Below, piece after piece: positions 1-12,399 of a stretch of 64,000 nt of DNA (positions within the stretch are counted from its first letter, which is position 1; the number at the start of each line of letters is the position of its first letter). Made by a program: the position numbers and the translations under genes. Under the pieces are notes generated by a model. That model saw nothing but the letters and a program-made list of their open reading frames with translations, ran no database searches and was not told the DNA's origin. Origin of the DNA: Macrostomum lignano (taxonomy: Eukaryota); the NCBI GenBank assembly GCA_002269645.1, contig NIVC01000038.1, positions 310,001-374,000 of the forward strand. The letters are read 5' to 3'.

Positions 1-217
1 GGTGCTGCCATTGCTGACAAATGTCACATTGAAGCGCTTGTTGTTTTTTGCTAACTGGCTCTTGACAAAAAATGCAGATGTCTGCCATTTTCACTTATAA
101 ACTAGCTGTTTCTTACATGTATTTGCTTCTCATATGTGATTTCATGCACCATATTTATAATAAAATTCTGGGTGGGGGTAGGCTGGCCACTTCAGTCTTG
201 AGGGGTGTGACCATCTC

Positions 218-248
218 TGCACCTGCACCCCTCTTGGATCCGCAACTG
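218..248 (-). mobile_element. Possible DNA-transposon terminus (hAT-like)
   Basis: Minus strand reads CAGTTGCGGATCCAAGAGGGGTGCAGG, resembling CAGTGGCGGATCCA-type transposon ends. No partner end seen in the window. Confidence 0.3.
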
Positions 249-786
249 TGGTTAGTTGGTTGGAGAATTGGCACGTTGCACTCATAGACACAAATACATG
301 TACGGCTTAGCACATTTAGGGGGTGAAAACGCTCTAGCTCAGACTGTATGCGTGTGAAGGGTTGGTTAAGTCCCTGCAGGTGGAGCAAGGAGAAATCAAT
401 TACGTAACATCACTCTAGCTCAGATTGTATCGGGTTGTGATTCAAGGGTAGTTAAGTCTCTGCAGGTGGAGCAAGGAGAAATCCATGGCCACATACTTTG
501 TTGCCTCCCCTGGGTTGTAGAAGTGATAATGCCAATTTTAGGCTTTAGCAAGGAAGCAAAAATAATTATTAGAGCTTGGCAAGTTTGAACATTAGAACAA
601 AATTACGATGAGCACTAGTATCTACGTATGTACTCGTACATTAAAGCGTGCATATGCAAACTGCGTATACATTGTGTACATTGGATGCCAATTATAGCGA
701 CAACAGACAAAATTGACTAATATGATTGAGTAACAATTTATAACAATAACAATCGAATAACAATTTACAGCATTGCTAAATCTTGG

Positions 787-926
787 GATGACGAAGTGTC
801 CTCAAAATTTGGTCACTTCGTCATCTAGATTTACTAACATTTTTTGATATGACGAAGCATCCAAAAACCATGGTCACTTCGTCATCAAGATGACGAAGTG
901 GTAAGATGACGAAGTGTCCAGGAACC
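787..926. repeat. Cluster of direct and inverted GATGACGAAGTG motifs (transposon subterminal-repeat-like)
   Basis: About six copies of ATGACGAAG/CTTCGTCAT in both orientations, ending at GTCCAGGAACC. Confidence 0.6.
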
Positions 927-1530
927 GAGTGTAACGATCCGTGACCATAAATTAAGTCTTTGCTCATTCAAGCTTGAATTGAAAGCAACCCCGCCTACCT
1001 TTTGTATTCAACTTAAACAAATTAATACGGCTCGTATGTGAACTCAATAGAAGTGGAAATCAAAAATAAAAACACTGCATCAGTTGCCACCCATTCACGA
1101 TACTTCATATTATTTCTAGATACCAACGGATTGACAACAGTTTGTAGCAATGAATAAATTGTTTTTCTATGAAATCTTTCATCAGGCCTAGCTGTTCTGC
1201 GAATGTGGGTGCAAAAGGTATCTCATATCTGCATTTTAATAGCTCGTATACGTAGCTCATATAATATCATGCATAATGATGGGGATGATGGGATGATGAT
1301 GAATTACGGAGGCAGAAGTGCACTGAGTCACACATACATGCAGTGACTAGCCCAAGTAAAGGCTGTTTGCTCTGTAAGTGCGACGCAATGAACCCCCCCA
1401 TCCCAAATTTGAGCGTAAAACAAAGTGTAATATCTGGCAAGAAATGTGCACGGTGATTCTTAAATATGCTCTAGGGCTATATTGGGTGCAGCAACTAAGT
1501 AAGTGCGGATTTTTTGGCTTTTTTAACTCG

Positions 1531-3147
1531 TTATGATCTGAAATGGTTCAGCGGTTTCTGTCCACGCTTGTTGAGTTGACCATGCCAGGCTTCTACGTCG
1601 TTGTTGGTCCTCTTGTACTGCTCGAAGACGCAGATAGCATCACGGTCCCAGACGGGATGCTGCAGCCAGGTAGTGCGCACATACTCGGCTAGCTGTAGGA
1701 GTAGCTCATTACCTATTGCCAGTTGAATGCAGGCTGCCAGACCATCAAGCATACAAGCGGACGGCAAGCATGGAATCGAGAGAAGCATGCGTACAACCAA
1801 CTTAACTGCTGGAACAGTGGAATACTGCACCTGAAGGCCAAGATTTTGGACACGCCTGAAGACAGCTTGACAATAATGGAAGAAGTAGCCGCGAACTTGC
1901 GCACCTGGATATACCAGCCGAATTGCTTGCCAAGCAGCAGCTTCAAAGTCACAGGTGAACTTGATTGGCGCATTACCTGTTGACTCCCAAAGGCAACGAA
2001 AGCAGGCTTGATAATCAACTTGAGCCTTACCGGACATCAAAAAGAAGGCAAGTGGTACCAGCCTTTCCTGCCCATCAAAGCGAATCGCGCCGTGTACACT
2101 GTAAAGCTGTTTGAAAGGTGCCTTGACAATGCTAAAAGTTCCGTCGCACTTCAAGATTCGTCGGGTTGATAATAGTTCTCACTGAGTTGTCGTCATGAAG
2201 ACGAAGTGTCGCCCGTTTGTCTCAGGAACTGTCACATCCTGCAAATGAAACTGGGCAGGTACATGTCTAGGATCAACTTGGAAATGTACGTCAACAGGTT
2301 CCATAGGGCGATCTTTTTTGCGACTGTAATTAGCATTGCGACTCAATGACTCAATACTAAGCACCTCCTGCACTTCAGGTGAAAATTCTCTTACCTTCTC
2401 CTCCGCGATAATTCTAGCAGAGGTAAACAACATGCGCTTTGCTCCCTCCTTTACCTCCTTTGCTGCCTTTCTCTTCTGAGCTGGCCGATCAACTGGATCG
2501 CACGTGTGCGGAGCAAGGGCTTCTATGGTTCCATCAGCACGGCGGACTGCGGAGCCATGACAGTGCAGTGATAAACGCTTAGTGCAGCGATAGTACGTGT
2601 TGCCATTTCGCCGCGTTTTTTCATCCATCAGATGGCCAAGGTCTCGTTGGGCATACTGCACTAGAAGGTCTTTTCCGTGACTGCATCCTGCACCTGTAAG
2701 AATCTCAAAGGGCTGGGGAGGTGGGCTGCGGGGCGGTGCAAGTTCTGCTGGAGGAATTTGAATGGATTCTTCCAGAGCTGGATCAGGGTCATTGAAATCT
2801 GGATACTGGTAAAGAAAATTTTCTGCTTGTGCCGGAATCAAATGCACTGGTTCTGGATTTTCAGCAGGCAGAGGAACAACCGCTGGTCCAGAATTCGGGG
2901 CTTGTACATGTACCACTACAGCATCTGCAGCTTGAGACACTGCTAAGTTACCTGCAGGAGCCCGTCTATTGCATTGATTGCAAAGCCAGAAAAACTCACC
3001 GACATTTCTCATTGCAGAATACTGATCGATTGTGACGCGACTATCACATGCACGGTGCTGCCAATTCAAGCATTGAGAACACTCAATTGCTTCTTGTCCA
3101 TCGCAAACTGGCTGCAGACAGACTACACATGGATATGCGCCTGCCAT
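1531..3147 (-). mobile_element. Mutator-like (MULE) transposase with N-terminal PHD finger and FLYWCH-like Zn finger; one in-frame stop
   Basis: PHD (CVVC..CSQC..HRAC..WLCNQC); YYRCTKR..C..HTC; MULE core DGTF..FKQLYSVH, PLAFFLM, CDFEAA, FHYCQAV, RTNNDVEAWH. ORFs 2179-3147 and 1531-2154 are in the same frame, separated by a single TGA at 2179-2181. Confidence 0.85.
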
Positions 3148-3515
3148 TTTGTATCTAAGTGCTTAGACTGCTTCAGTGAATGAGACAGATGAATTTTGAA
3201 CAGGGCATGAAATTTACCCAGTTTTTATCCCTTTAAACAAGTAAATTAGTCTCGACCAATAAGAGAAACTGGAAAAAGCTACACCAGATTTTATATGAAG
3301 AAGAGATTTGTTTAATACGAAATATGTTTACACCTCTTAGGGGCCTACTATAAGTAGGAAATTAAGACTCGTAACCATTTTTGTCTTTAGCCCTGCAATA
3401 AACTAATAAAATTTTGACTGCCTGTCTAAACCCCCCCATTGCAACCCCACATCTCCCCACCCGAAGCTATCCAATAGTAAACCAGCTGTCATTTTCCGTG
3501 ACCCCCACCCCAGCT

Positions 3516-3554
3516 GTGGCCATCTTGGTGTGTGGCCATCTTGGTCTTACACCC
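3516..3554 (-). repeat. Probable terminal/subterminal repeat of the MULE element
   Basis: Tandem TGTGGCCATCTTGGT x2 followed by CTTACACCC, about 400 bp upstream of the transposase ATG. The matching other end was not found. Confidence 0.35.
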
Positions 3555-6500
3555 TACCAGTCAGTGCCATGTCTACAAATATATAAAAATTAGGTGCAAT
3601 ATTGACATACATAAGTCATAATATAGTTAGCATGCAGAAATGGCCAAATTCAGGTTTGGTATGCATATAATTAGTAGTACTAGTAGTATACATACATCAC
3701 ATGGCTAAGCAGCTATCCAACAAGCTTAGAGACTTAGAGTTAGTCGATTTACTAATCAAAGAAATGGGCACTGGTTCAGTTTCGTTCGCAAAATTATTTT
3801 TCATTCAGAAATGGGTCTAGATCTGAAGATTTGATTTAATGTGTACACACTGGAATGACCGACTGGATAGACATTGACACCAATCTCTACACTAGGCCAC
3901 TACGGTGTATTATCTCATGCGTGTTATATTTTATAACACGCTACGCTTTCAATGTTATATTGACCCTTTAATGTACAAGCCATGTTTAGTATGAAGCCAT
4001 GTAATGTATTATTTATTATAGTATGAGTCGCTCATGGCTGTGAGGTGGGGGCGGAGGAAGAAAAAGATTTAAAAAAGTTGGGTTTACAAAAATATTTGGC
4101 GATTGCGGATTTTGAACTCGGGATTTCTTCGAAACCGGTCGTCGTTGCGTTCGCACGAATTGAAGCCGGAAAATCGCGCAGATGAGGGTCAGAGAGGGTC
4201 AGAGAGAGGGTCAGAGAGTCAGCGAGCGTTCAGAGAGGGTCCTCAGACACCGTAGTTAATGCACTTCGATTTCTTGACTGATTACTGTTAGTAGAGTAGC
4301 GCTGCCACCACCGTAATTTACGTATTACGGAACGTTTAAGTCTCAGAGCTTTCTTAGAGATGAGAACTTGGTTGTTTTACGCCCCACGGGCAAATGATTT
4401 AAGATAAGCTACGGCTTAATTAAGTATTAAACGAAGAACAATTGACGTTAGTTTATTAACCAATCACTGAATATTATTATTATACCGGAGTCGACCAGAC
4501 GACAGAAAGTTCCGGGGGAGCCGCGGTGCGTGGCTCTAAATAAGTTAAATTCGAATCACTAGTCTTAGTATTTGGCTTTACTCAACTGGGAACAAATAAC
4601 AAGTATTAAATTTATGTATTAAGTTTATGTAGCGAGAGCGAGAAGGGAGGAGAAGGAAGGAGGAAGCAGGAAGGAAGGAAAGGACGGACATGGGGGCGGA
4701 AGAGAGAGAGCCGAGCTAAAATAACCAAAAAAGGAGCAGAAGGTGGGCAAGGTGGTCCAGAGAATGGGGACAGGACGTGGACTCCAAGGCCCAGAACTTG
4801 GCGAGCAAAAATTCCGCAGAGATACACAGAGAAAAACAAAACTAACAGAAAAAGGGCACGAAAATCCAGAAAGAGGGCAGTTATGCCGGAAAAGGAACAA
4901 AATACGTCATAGAAATCGCCAAAGGGTGAACGAATAGGGCCAGGAATGGGGCGGCGGCAAAAGGGACGGTCCATAAAGTTATTAAAAATTTAAATATTCC
5001 TTAGTGGGAGTCCGCAACTACCACAGCTGCACCACATCGCATTTTAAAATTTACATAGAACTTCTTGAAAACGCATCCAGATTAAACAAAGCAAAGCAAA
5101 AAACTCCCCCTATAGGGCTGCGAGCCTCTGGGCATTTTCACTACCCAGCTCTAAACAATTTTGAAAATTTCTGAAAGCGGTCCAAGAGCGAAAAAATCCA
5201 AGTCTACAGTAAAGGCTTAGCTGGAGCGAGTCTGGAAGCTTATTGCGATGGGCGAGTCTCATATCAGGTAGGCAACCGCATAAATCCTTTATATAGGGCT
5301 GCAAGCCACAAGGCTTTTCGCTATCCAGCTGTATTAAGTCCAGGCCAAGGGGTTGGAGATCGAGGGGCACAAGGAGCAAGAGGAAACCGGACTCAGCCGG
5401 TATTCCCCGATTCGGGACGAACTCATTCCCCAGGACACCAATCCACTGTCAGAGATGAAAGCCGAGACACAATAAGCAGGGAGACAGCCAGAGAAGACAG
5501 CAGATGGACCAAGAGAGCAGATGGAATCACAGAGGGCGAGATCTATAACTCCTAAATTTTGGGCGACTCAAGTGCCACATAAAACCTAGATAAAGTCGTC
5601 TTTCCTGCAGGGAATGTATGACCGAAGGGCTCAAGTCCCGTTCTAGCCACACTGTAGTCCAGAGTCCCACTCACTCCAGGTACACCCCTCAAAACTAAGG
5701 CAGGGCAGAAAAATTGATAAGACCATTTTTAGTATATGGACTTCACCTTCGGTGAGGGCCGTTAATGATTGGGCTATATCGATCGATAGGCCAATTAGAT
5801 TGCGCACAATCCGATAAATGCCGCCAGAAGGCAGCCGGGGTAAAAACAGTCAGAGACCGTCTTTACGGGCCATCCATCATGTTATTACTAAAATTTATGA
5901 TTATCAGTTTATATACTTTGGGAGATTAATTGAGTAATAACGCTTTCGAAAACCGCCTATTGTCGTACAATTAGCAGTTTTGAATTTTTTTCCTATTGGT
6001 TTCGCGAATCATGCAAGCAGATGTGACTAGGGCATAGAAATCCCACGCATGTTTTCTAATTCTAGAGGCAAGTATGAGAGAGACAAGCCAACTGCCTGCT
6101 CGTAAGTTAAAGCGCGGGATAGAGCCTCTGCAGGACTTTACAGCTTTAGAGAGCATGCGGTTTCCTTGCTGCTTGTCGATCGATCAAGCAACTAAATTCT
6201 AGCGCATAATAGTTAGCAACTAACTGCTGCACACATGCTGTGGGGTCCGCGGTCTACAGGTAGGGTTTCAAGCTAGTGGGGCAGTCATGCAGAACTACAT
6301 ACTACAGGCAGGCAAAGGCAGATGGAGACGGGGTAGGAAAGAAGTGAAAAGTGGAGCAGCTGGTTGGCGTATTGTCTTCTTACTATAACCGCCTCTCACA
6401 GCTCGCGCTCAGCATCGCATGCAGCTACCAGAAGGCCCCGCCCACAGTCCGGGTAGCCATTGAAATTTTCTGTCACGCAAAAAAACAAAAAAACTTCTTT

Positions 6501-6678
6501 CGGTCTGGCTCCACTGGCATTGGCTGTGCTCCATGTGGACAACTCTGAGCTGTGGGAGCTCTAACCAATGGCTGGGGGAGATTAAAGAAGACATGAATAA
6601 AAACTGCATCCAACTAGAGACGCATCTGCTTTCCTCATCAATCGCACATTTGAATCGCTCTAACAAACAGCATCAGCC

Positions 6679-7428
6679 ATGTCCCCGTTGCAGCTCTTCA
6701 TACTTGCGTCAATTTTCCTGACGCTGTCAAGTCTTGAATTCTGTCTGACTAATTTTGTGCCTGTGCAATCGTCGAAATTTCGCTACCTCGGTTGCTATGT
6801 GGATTTATCGAACCGAGATCTGAAAGGGCTCCAATCGATCAGCACAATCGGCCCGTACTCAATAGTGTCCTCAGTCTTTGTCTACAACACTTCAATGACG
6901 CTGGAGCTGTGCAGCCAAATCTGCGCCTACGGCCGGTTCCGCTACTTCGGTGCTCAGAACACCGCCTACTGCAGCTGCGGCTTCACCTACGGACTGCACG
7001 GCGCCGCCACTGAGGACAGCTGCAGCGCCAACTGCCCCGGCAACTCAACTCAGAGGTGCGGCGCCAGCGGAAGAAACTCAATGTACGAACTCACCTACCC
7101 ACTGAGTGAGTAGCTTTTGCTGCGATTGCATCAATTTTTTAACTAATTATCATCTCCGAATACCGCAATTTATGAATCCTCAGGCGGAAACAAGATGACC
7201 GTGGAGTCTGCTGCGTCCATGCCGAACATCTCAGCCACGAGCAGCTCCATCATTTACAGCAGCACTGATGCTGGAAGCAGCACAGAGTGCATTGTGGCCT
7301 GCCACCTCAGCCAGGACTGCCTGGGCTGTGCCTTCGTACCTTCGAGCCGGATGTGCCGCCTGCTGAAGTTCGCCGCTGTGCCCGCTGAGGTGGCCAGCGA
7401 GACTGAGTGGGTCTGGATGAAGCTGTGA
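6679..7428 (+). CDS. Secreted WSC-domain + PAN/apple-like protein (2 exons: 6679-7105, 7184-7428; 223 aa)
   Basis: Hydrophobic signal peptide; WSC motif YLGCY.D...MTLELCSQIC...YFG.Q...CSCG...C...CPG.....CG; phase-1 GT..AG intron 7106-7183 joins in frame (A|GC GGA AAC AAG ATG); exon 2 has C...C.....C..C.F......C.L (PAN/apple-like). Confidence 0.85.
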
Positions 7429-7897
7429 GGCTGAGTGGGTCTGGATGAAGCTGTGAGGCTGAGTGGGTCTGGATGAAGCTGTGAGGCTGAGTGGGTCTGG
7501 GTGAAGCTGTGAGGCTGAGTGGGTCTGGATGAAGCTGTGAGACTTAGTGGGTCTTGATGAAGCTATGAGGCTGAGTGGGTCTGGGTGAAGCTGTGAGACT
7601 TAGTGGGTCTGGATGAAGCTGTGAGGCTGAGTGGGTCTGGATGAAGCTGTGAGACTTAGTGGGTCTGGATGAAGCTGTGAGGCTGAGTGGGTCTGGATGA
7701 AGCTGTGAGACTTAGTGGGTCTGGATGAAGCTGTGAGGCTGAGTGGGTCTGGATGAAGCTGTGAGACTGAGTGGGTCTGGATAAAGCTGTAAGACTTAGT
7801 GGGTCTGGATGAAGCTATGAGGCTGAGTGGGTCTGGATGAAGCTGTGATGCTGAGTGGGTTTGGATGAAGCTGTGAGGCTGAGTGGGTCTGGATGAA
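7401..7897. repeat. 28-bp minisatellite (GGCTGAGTGGGTCTGGATGAAGCTGTGA), about 17-18 copies
   Basis: 28-bp period read directly; the first unit is the last codons and stop of the WSC gene. Confidence 0.95.
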
Positions 7898-8748
7898 CCG
7901 TTTTTATTCTCATGTAGCAAGTTGAAAACTGCGGAGAAGACACTGCTAAGCAAGATGTCCGATTGCGCTACAAAAAAACTTAAATAAAAGATTCCATCTC
8001 TCAAGTACAGTTCAAGTTTCCGGATTCTAAACAAAGCAATGAAGACCGTGCAAAGCATGCAGCCTTTGTTTTATTCTGACTTCCGATAGACATACGAAAG
8101 TTCAACGAATCCTTGTGATACTTGATTTTTCTTTTACAAACAGATGAAATAATTGTACATGGCAAGCACCGGTTAAATCCATATGTCATGCACTGATCTA
8201 GTATTTTCCATACTGTCCAGTAGTTTCCAATCCATCTGACAATATTTTAAGAGTCTTATTCATCACTGGACTGCCCTCTTCGATTCTCCGCCAGTCGCTC
8301 ATTAGAGCCGAGAGATAGCTGTAGCTAGTATGTGGGCCAGAAAAATTAGAGTTCTTTTCCTTATCTTTTAGAGGTTATCGGGCCTTCATCAACTTGTTTA
8401 AATTAATGCATTTTCCTCTTCTCGAGTACCCAGCAGAGGACCCACAGACAAAACTCAGTGCCAAAAAGGTACTGTGCTTGGAAATTGACTCCTTGCCACA
8501 ATACGAGTAGTACTTCCAATAGCGGTTTAGTAAGAGACGCCTTTTAATTAGCTTAACTCAGCTACTTTAGATGAGCTTAGTTCCGTTAAACTCAAAACGT
8601 ATATTTTTATAGTTAGCCAGTAATAATGTCTCTAATACTCTGAAACTATATTTTCAGTAGAAGATTCCAACCCATCAATTAATTTGAAATTGTGAGCATT
8701 TCGCTATCATCACACCGGTTCGACATTGATTGTCACTCAATTTGCGCA

Positions 8749-11160
8749 TCACCTCGGCGTGAAGACAATCTTGTGCTCAGCCGGTGCCCGAATTCCTCCG
8801 CCGTGATTCTCGGCATTGTCTTTGATCTCGCCGATGCTGCGCCGCTCCACAGGGTCCAGGCCGAACCGGTAGCGCTGCATCAGTCTCGTGAAGAAGACAA
8901 ACAGCTCCATGCGGGCGAGGCTCTCGCCAAGGCAGGCTCGCTTGCCCGAGCCGAACGGCACCACCGACTCGTTCGGGCTGAAGCGGCCCTCCGCTTCCAG
9001 GTAGCGCTCGGGCTTGAACTTCTCCGGCTCCGGGAACACTCTCGGATCGCGATGGATGCCGTAGATGTTCGGCACCACCACGCTGTCAGCGGGAATCCGA
9101 TAGCCGCAGATGACGGAGTCTTCAACGCAGCGGTGAGCCACACCCATGGGAACGAGGGTGCCGAGCCGTTGCACCTCCTCCAGCACCGCTACCGTGTAGT
9201 GCAGACTGCCTTTGTCCTTCATTGTTGGCATTCTCTCCGTGCCAACGTTGACTCGAATCTCTTCGAACACTTTCTCAGCCACGTCCGGGTTCTCGATCAT
9301 GTACAAGATGCCCCAGCGCAGCGTGTTGGAGGTGGTGTCGGTTCCGGCCACGAAAAGGTCGCGAATGGCCATGGCGAGGCGGAGGTCGTTGAATATTCTG
9401 TCGCTTTCTGCAAAGAGTTCGAGTTGGTTGAGTGAGACTGGCAGACGAATTCAACTAACTGTGCGACTGTTTCTGAATGAATGCAGTCTGAATTCTGTAT
9501 CGCTCCTATAATATATGCAACAATAAGCTTTCGATCTTTAAAAGGTGGAGTTACAGTGTCTGGATCATAGATCTTATATTTTCTCGATCGGCCACTAATT
9601 GTATTGCGACAATAGGGAAAGTGCTACCGCTGTTTTTTCTGTTGCTTGCTCGAAAAATAACCGACATGGTTAAATTTTTAATTCAGTAGCTTAGGGACAT
9701 GGACACTATTTTTTGAGAATTTGATAGAACTTCTCGTTATGTAAGAGTCGATGTGTCTGAAAATTGTGTATGATGGTAGAAATATTAGAGACTATTACTT
9801 ATTAAACTAGAATTTAATATAAGTATTTTTTGTCTCCACACAGGTGGTTTTACTATTAACGGAAGCTAATATTTGCATTAACAGTGCAAAACACTGATAT
9901 TTGAGGAAAGTTTGATGTCAGATACAATTTAAAAAATCCGATTAAGACAGCCTTGGCAGGTATCTCAAGTGAAACTGAAATTTTTTATCTCGAAAATAAA
10001 TTAAATTAAAAGCTACTCAATCAAACTAAGATGAATGCATGTACTGTAGAGACTACTAATGAAATAGAGTTCAGTAGTTGATTTTCTCGCCGTCGCGAGT
10101 TGCAAAATTATTCGCATTTAGCTCTAAGGCCACATGAGTGGTTAATGAGCGGCCCATCTTGTGTATATATGATCTTTGGTGTAGATTGGTTTCATATCTC
10201 AGCATATATGGGCATCAGCATGTCAAGGTGTTCAGATAGGTATCAAATAAGCTCCCAGAGTCTCCATATGAGATTTGAAAATATTACAGCAAAATACTCA
10301 CCTAGATTAGTCTGATGCTGCAGGTGCGCATCGATGTAATCCCTCGGCTCAGACTGCATGTCCGCATCGCCCTTGTGCTTGGCCACCTGCTCTTTGCAGA
10401 ACTGCAGCAACTGCCGGCTCAAGTGAATCACTCGCCGCCTCTCCGGTCGCAGTAGTATTAGCTTGGCCAGGAAGCCGAACTGCTCAAAGTACTTGTAGTT
10501 CGCGCCCAGCATGATGTTCATGTGTCTAGCAGCTCGACGTTGCGTAAGGGACTGGAACATGTCCAGCAGTTTGGGGAATCTCGGATCCTCCGTGGCTGTG
10601 CGAGCGCCGAACACGAGCTGGCAGATGACATTGCTGACGGCGGGACTGAGCAAGTCGGTGGTGCTCAAGGCCTGCCCAGCCGGAGTCGAGTCGATTGCCT
10701 CGCAGAGCTCGCCAGCCTCCCTCAGGATGATCTCCTCACCGCCCTGTCTGCCGAAGCCGAAGTCGCGCAGAGTTTTCAGCGAGAACCGCCGGTACTCGCG
10801 CCACAGCTCGCCCTCGGTGGACACAATGCCACCGTCGCTGCCCAAGGTCGGCTTCTGCAGCACCCGGACTGGCCGGCCGATGAATCGTTGGCCCTGCTTC
10901 ATCATGGCCTCGTCGAAGGCCTCAAAGTTGTTGAGGATGTAGACTGGCTCGAGACCGTAGTAGAGAGTGACCAGAGGCGAGTTCGGGAAGCCCTCCAGCA
11001 TCTGAGAGGCCAGGTTGTTCTTCATGTACGGCAGGCTGCCTACCAGGGGCATCCAGCCTGGACTGGGCGGCTCGTTCGGCTTTGGTGCCTTCTTGACGCA
11101 GAGAAAATACAACAGCAGCACAGCCCCAGCAATGAGGCCCATGGCTATCAGAGTCAGCAT
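8749..11160 (-). CDS. Cytochrome P450, CYP2 clan (2 exons: 11160-10302, 9407-8749; about 505 aa)
   Basis: N-terminal TM anchor + PPSPG; WREYRRF C-helix; AGTDTT I-helix; EVQR (ExxR); PEKFKPERY; FGSGKRACLG heme motif. Donor G|GTGAGT after 10302 and acceptor TTTGCAG before 9407 join in frame (phase 1). An in-frame acceptor 30 nt upstream is also possible. Confidence 0.93.
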
Positions 11161-11807
11161 AGTGTCAGCTTGTCAACGATCGCTTGATTCAAAATGTACC
11201 TGTACACAGAATGACTGTGGAAAATATTTTCGGCTTCAACTGCAGTCCTCTGGCTGTTCATATATAAGCAGAAGCAGACCAAAAAGTGTAGTTTCATTTC
11301 AAGAGCATTACGAAATTTCTTCAAGTCGCCTTTTTGAGGGTAGATTGATAGTGCGCAGGAGAGATTGTACTCGAGCTGCTTCGAGCTTCGAGCCCAACCA
11401 GTGCAAGCATGTCATGTCGTCAGTGCATGCTGTTTGCTCTACGTGGCTGCTGAGATAAAGAGGCTTTGGGTGAGCTGAGTTCGCCTAGCTTCGTAATGTT
11501 TACTCTGAACTCACATACCTGTCACATTTAAATGGAATTTCAAACTGAGAGCAGAAAGTCACTCATTGAAAGTTTTGGCATAAAGGGTCAAGCAACAGCT
11601 CCAGATGACCCTTTACCAGTGTTTTAGTGTCTGTAGAAACAGCGTCACCTCAAGGCCTTGACGCGGATAAACGACGCGCCACTGGCAGAGTCCGTCGTCT
11701 ACCCGTAGGAATCCCATGAAGCACAAAGTACTGTAAATGCCTGTTCTCGGGTAGGGTGAGGTGCATCAGCTGTAACACCAGGTTATGCTGCGAGTACCTG
11801 ACAACAA

Positions 11808-12082
11808 AATCCTGGGAGTGCCAAGCATCTGACTATGGAATCTTGGGAGTGCCAAGCACATCTGACTATGGAATCTTGGGAGTGCCAAGCACATCTGACT
11901 ATGAAATCCTGGGAGTGCCAAGCACATCTAACTATATGGCAGCTTGGGAGTGCCAAGCACATCTTGGGAGTGCCAAGCACATCTTGGGAGTGCCAAGCAC
12001 ATCTTAGGAGTGCCAAGCACATCTTGGGAGTGCCAAGCACATCTTGGAAGTGCAAAGACCATCTTGGGAGTGCAAAGCACCT
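11808..12082. repeat. Two-tier minisatellite: about four 31-35 bp units followed by about seven 20-bp units (core CTTGGGAGTGCCAAGCACAT)
   Basis: GGGAGTGC-like core starts at 11814, 11845, 11878, 11911, 11946, then every 20 bp to 12066. Confidence 0.9.
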
Positions 12083-12399
12083 GATCAAGGAGTTTCAAGC
12101 TGTATATGTGCAGCATGCAGAGAAATATAACAAATAAATTTGAACAACTAGTAGTTCAGTTGACAGAATATTTAATATTGTAAGGAGAATATATTTTACA
12201 GCTTTTTACTTTTTCCAGGTATTGAAACACCGTGATTTTTTAAAAATTTATTTCTGCATATTAACAAATATTGACATGTATGTACAGGTAAGGTTACGTA
12301 AGGTTACGTACATGTAGTGTGTGCAGAATTCAATCTGAACATCGAAATTAAAAATTAAAATTTTTAGCTTTTTACTACGTACTATCAGCAGTAAGCATA

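Noticed and set aside
2179-2181. Selenocysteine or programmed readthrough at the MULE TGA
   Set aside because: No Cys-equivalent position or SECIS evident; a CpG-type nonsense change is simpler.
7401-7897. CRISPR-like appearance of the 23-, 25- and 28-bp arrays
   Set aside because: Units are head-to-tail with no unique spacers, there are no cas genes, and the context is a spliced eukaryotic genome.
8692-11458. Plus-strand ORFs 8692-9435, 10511-10942, 10522-11187, 11015-11458
   Set aside because: Antisense shadows of the GC-rich CYP exons.
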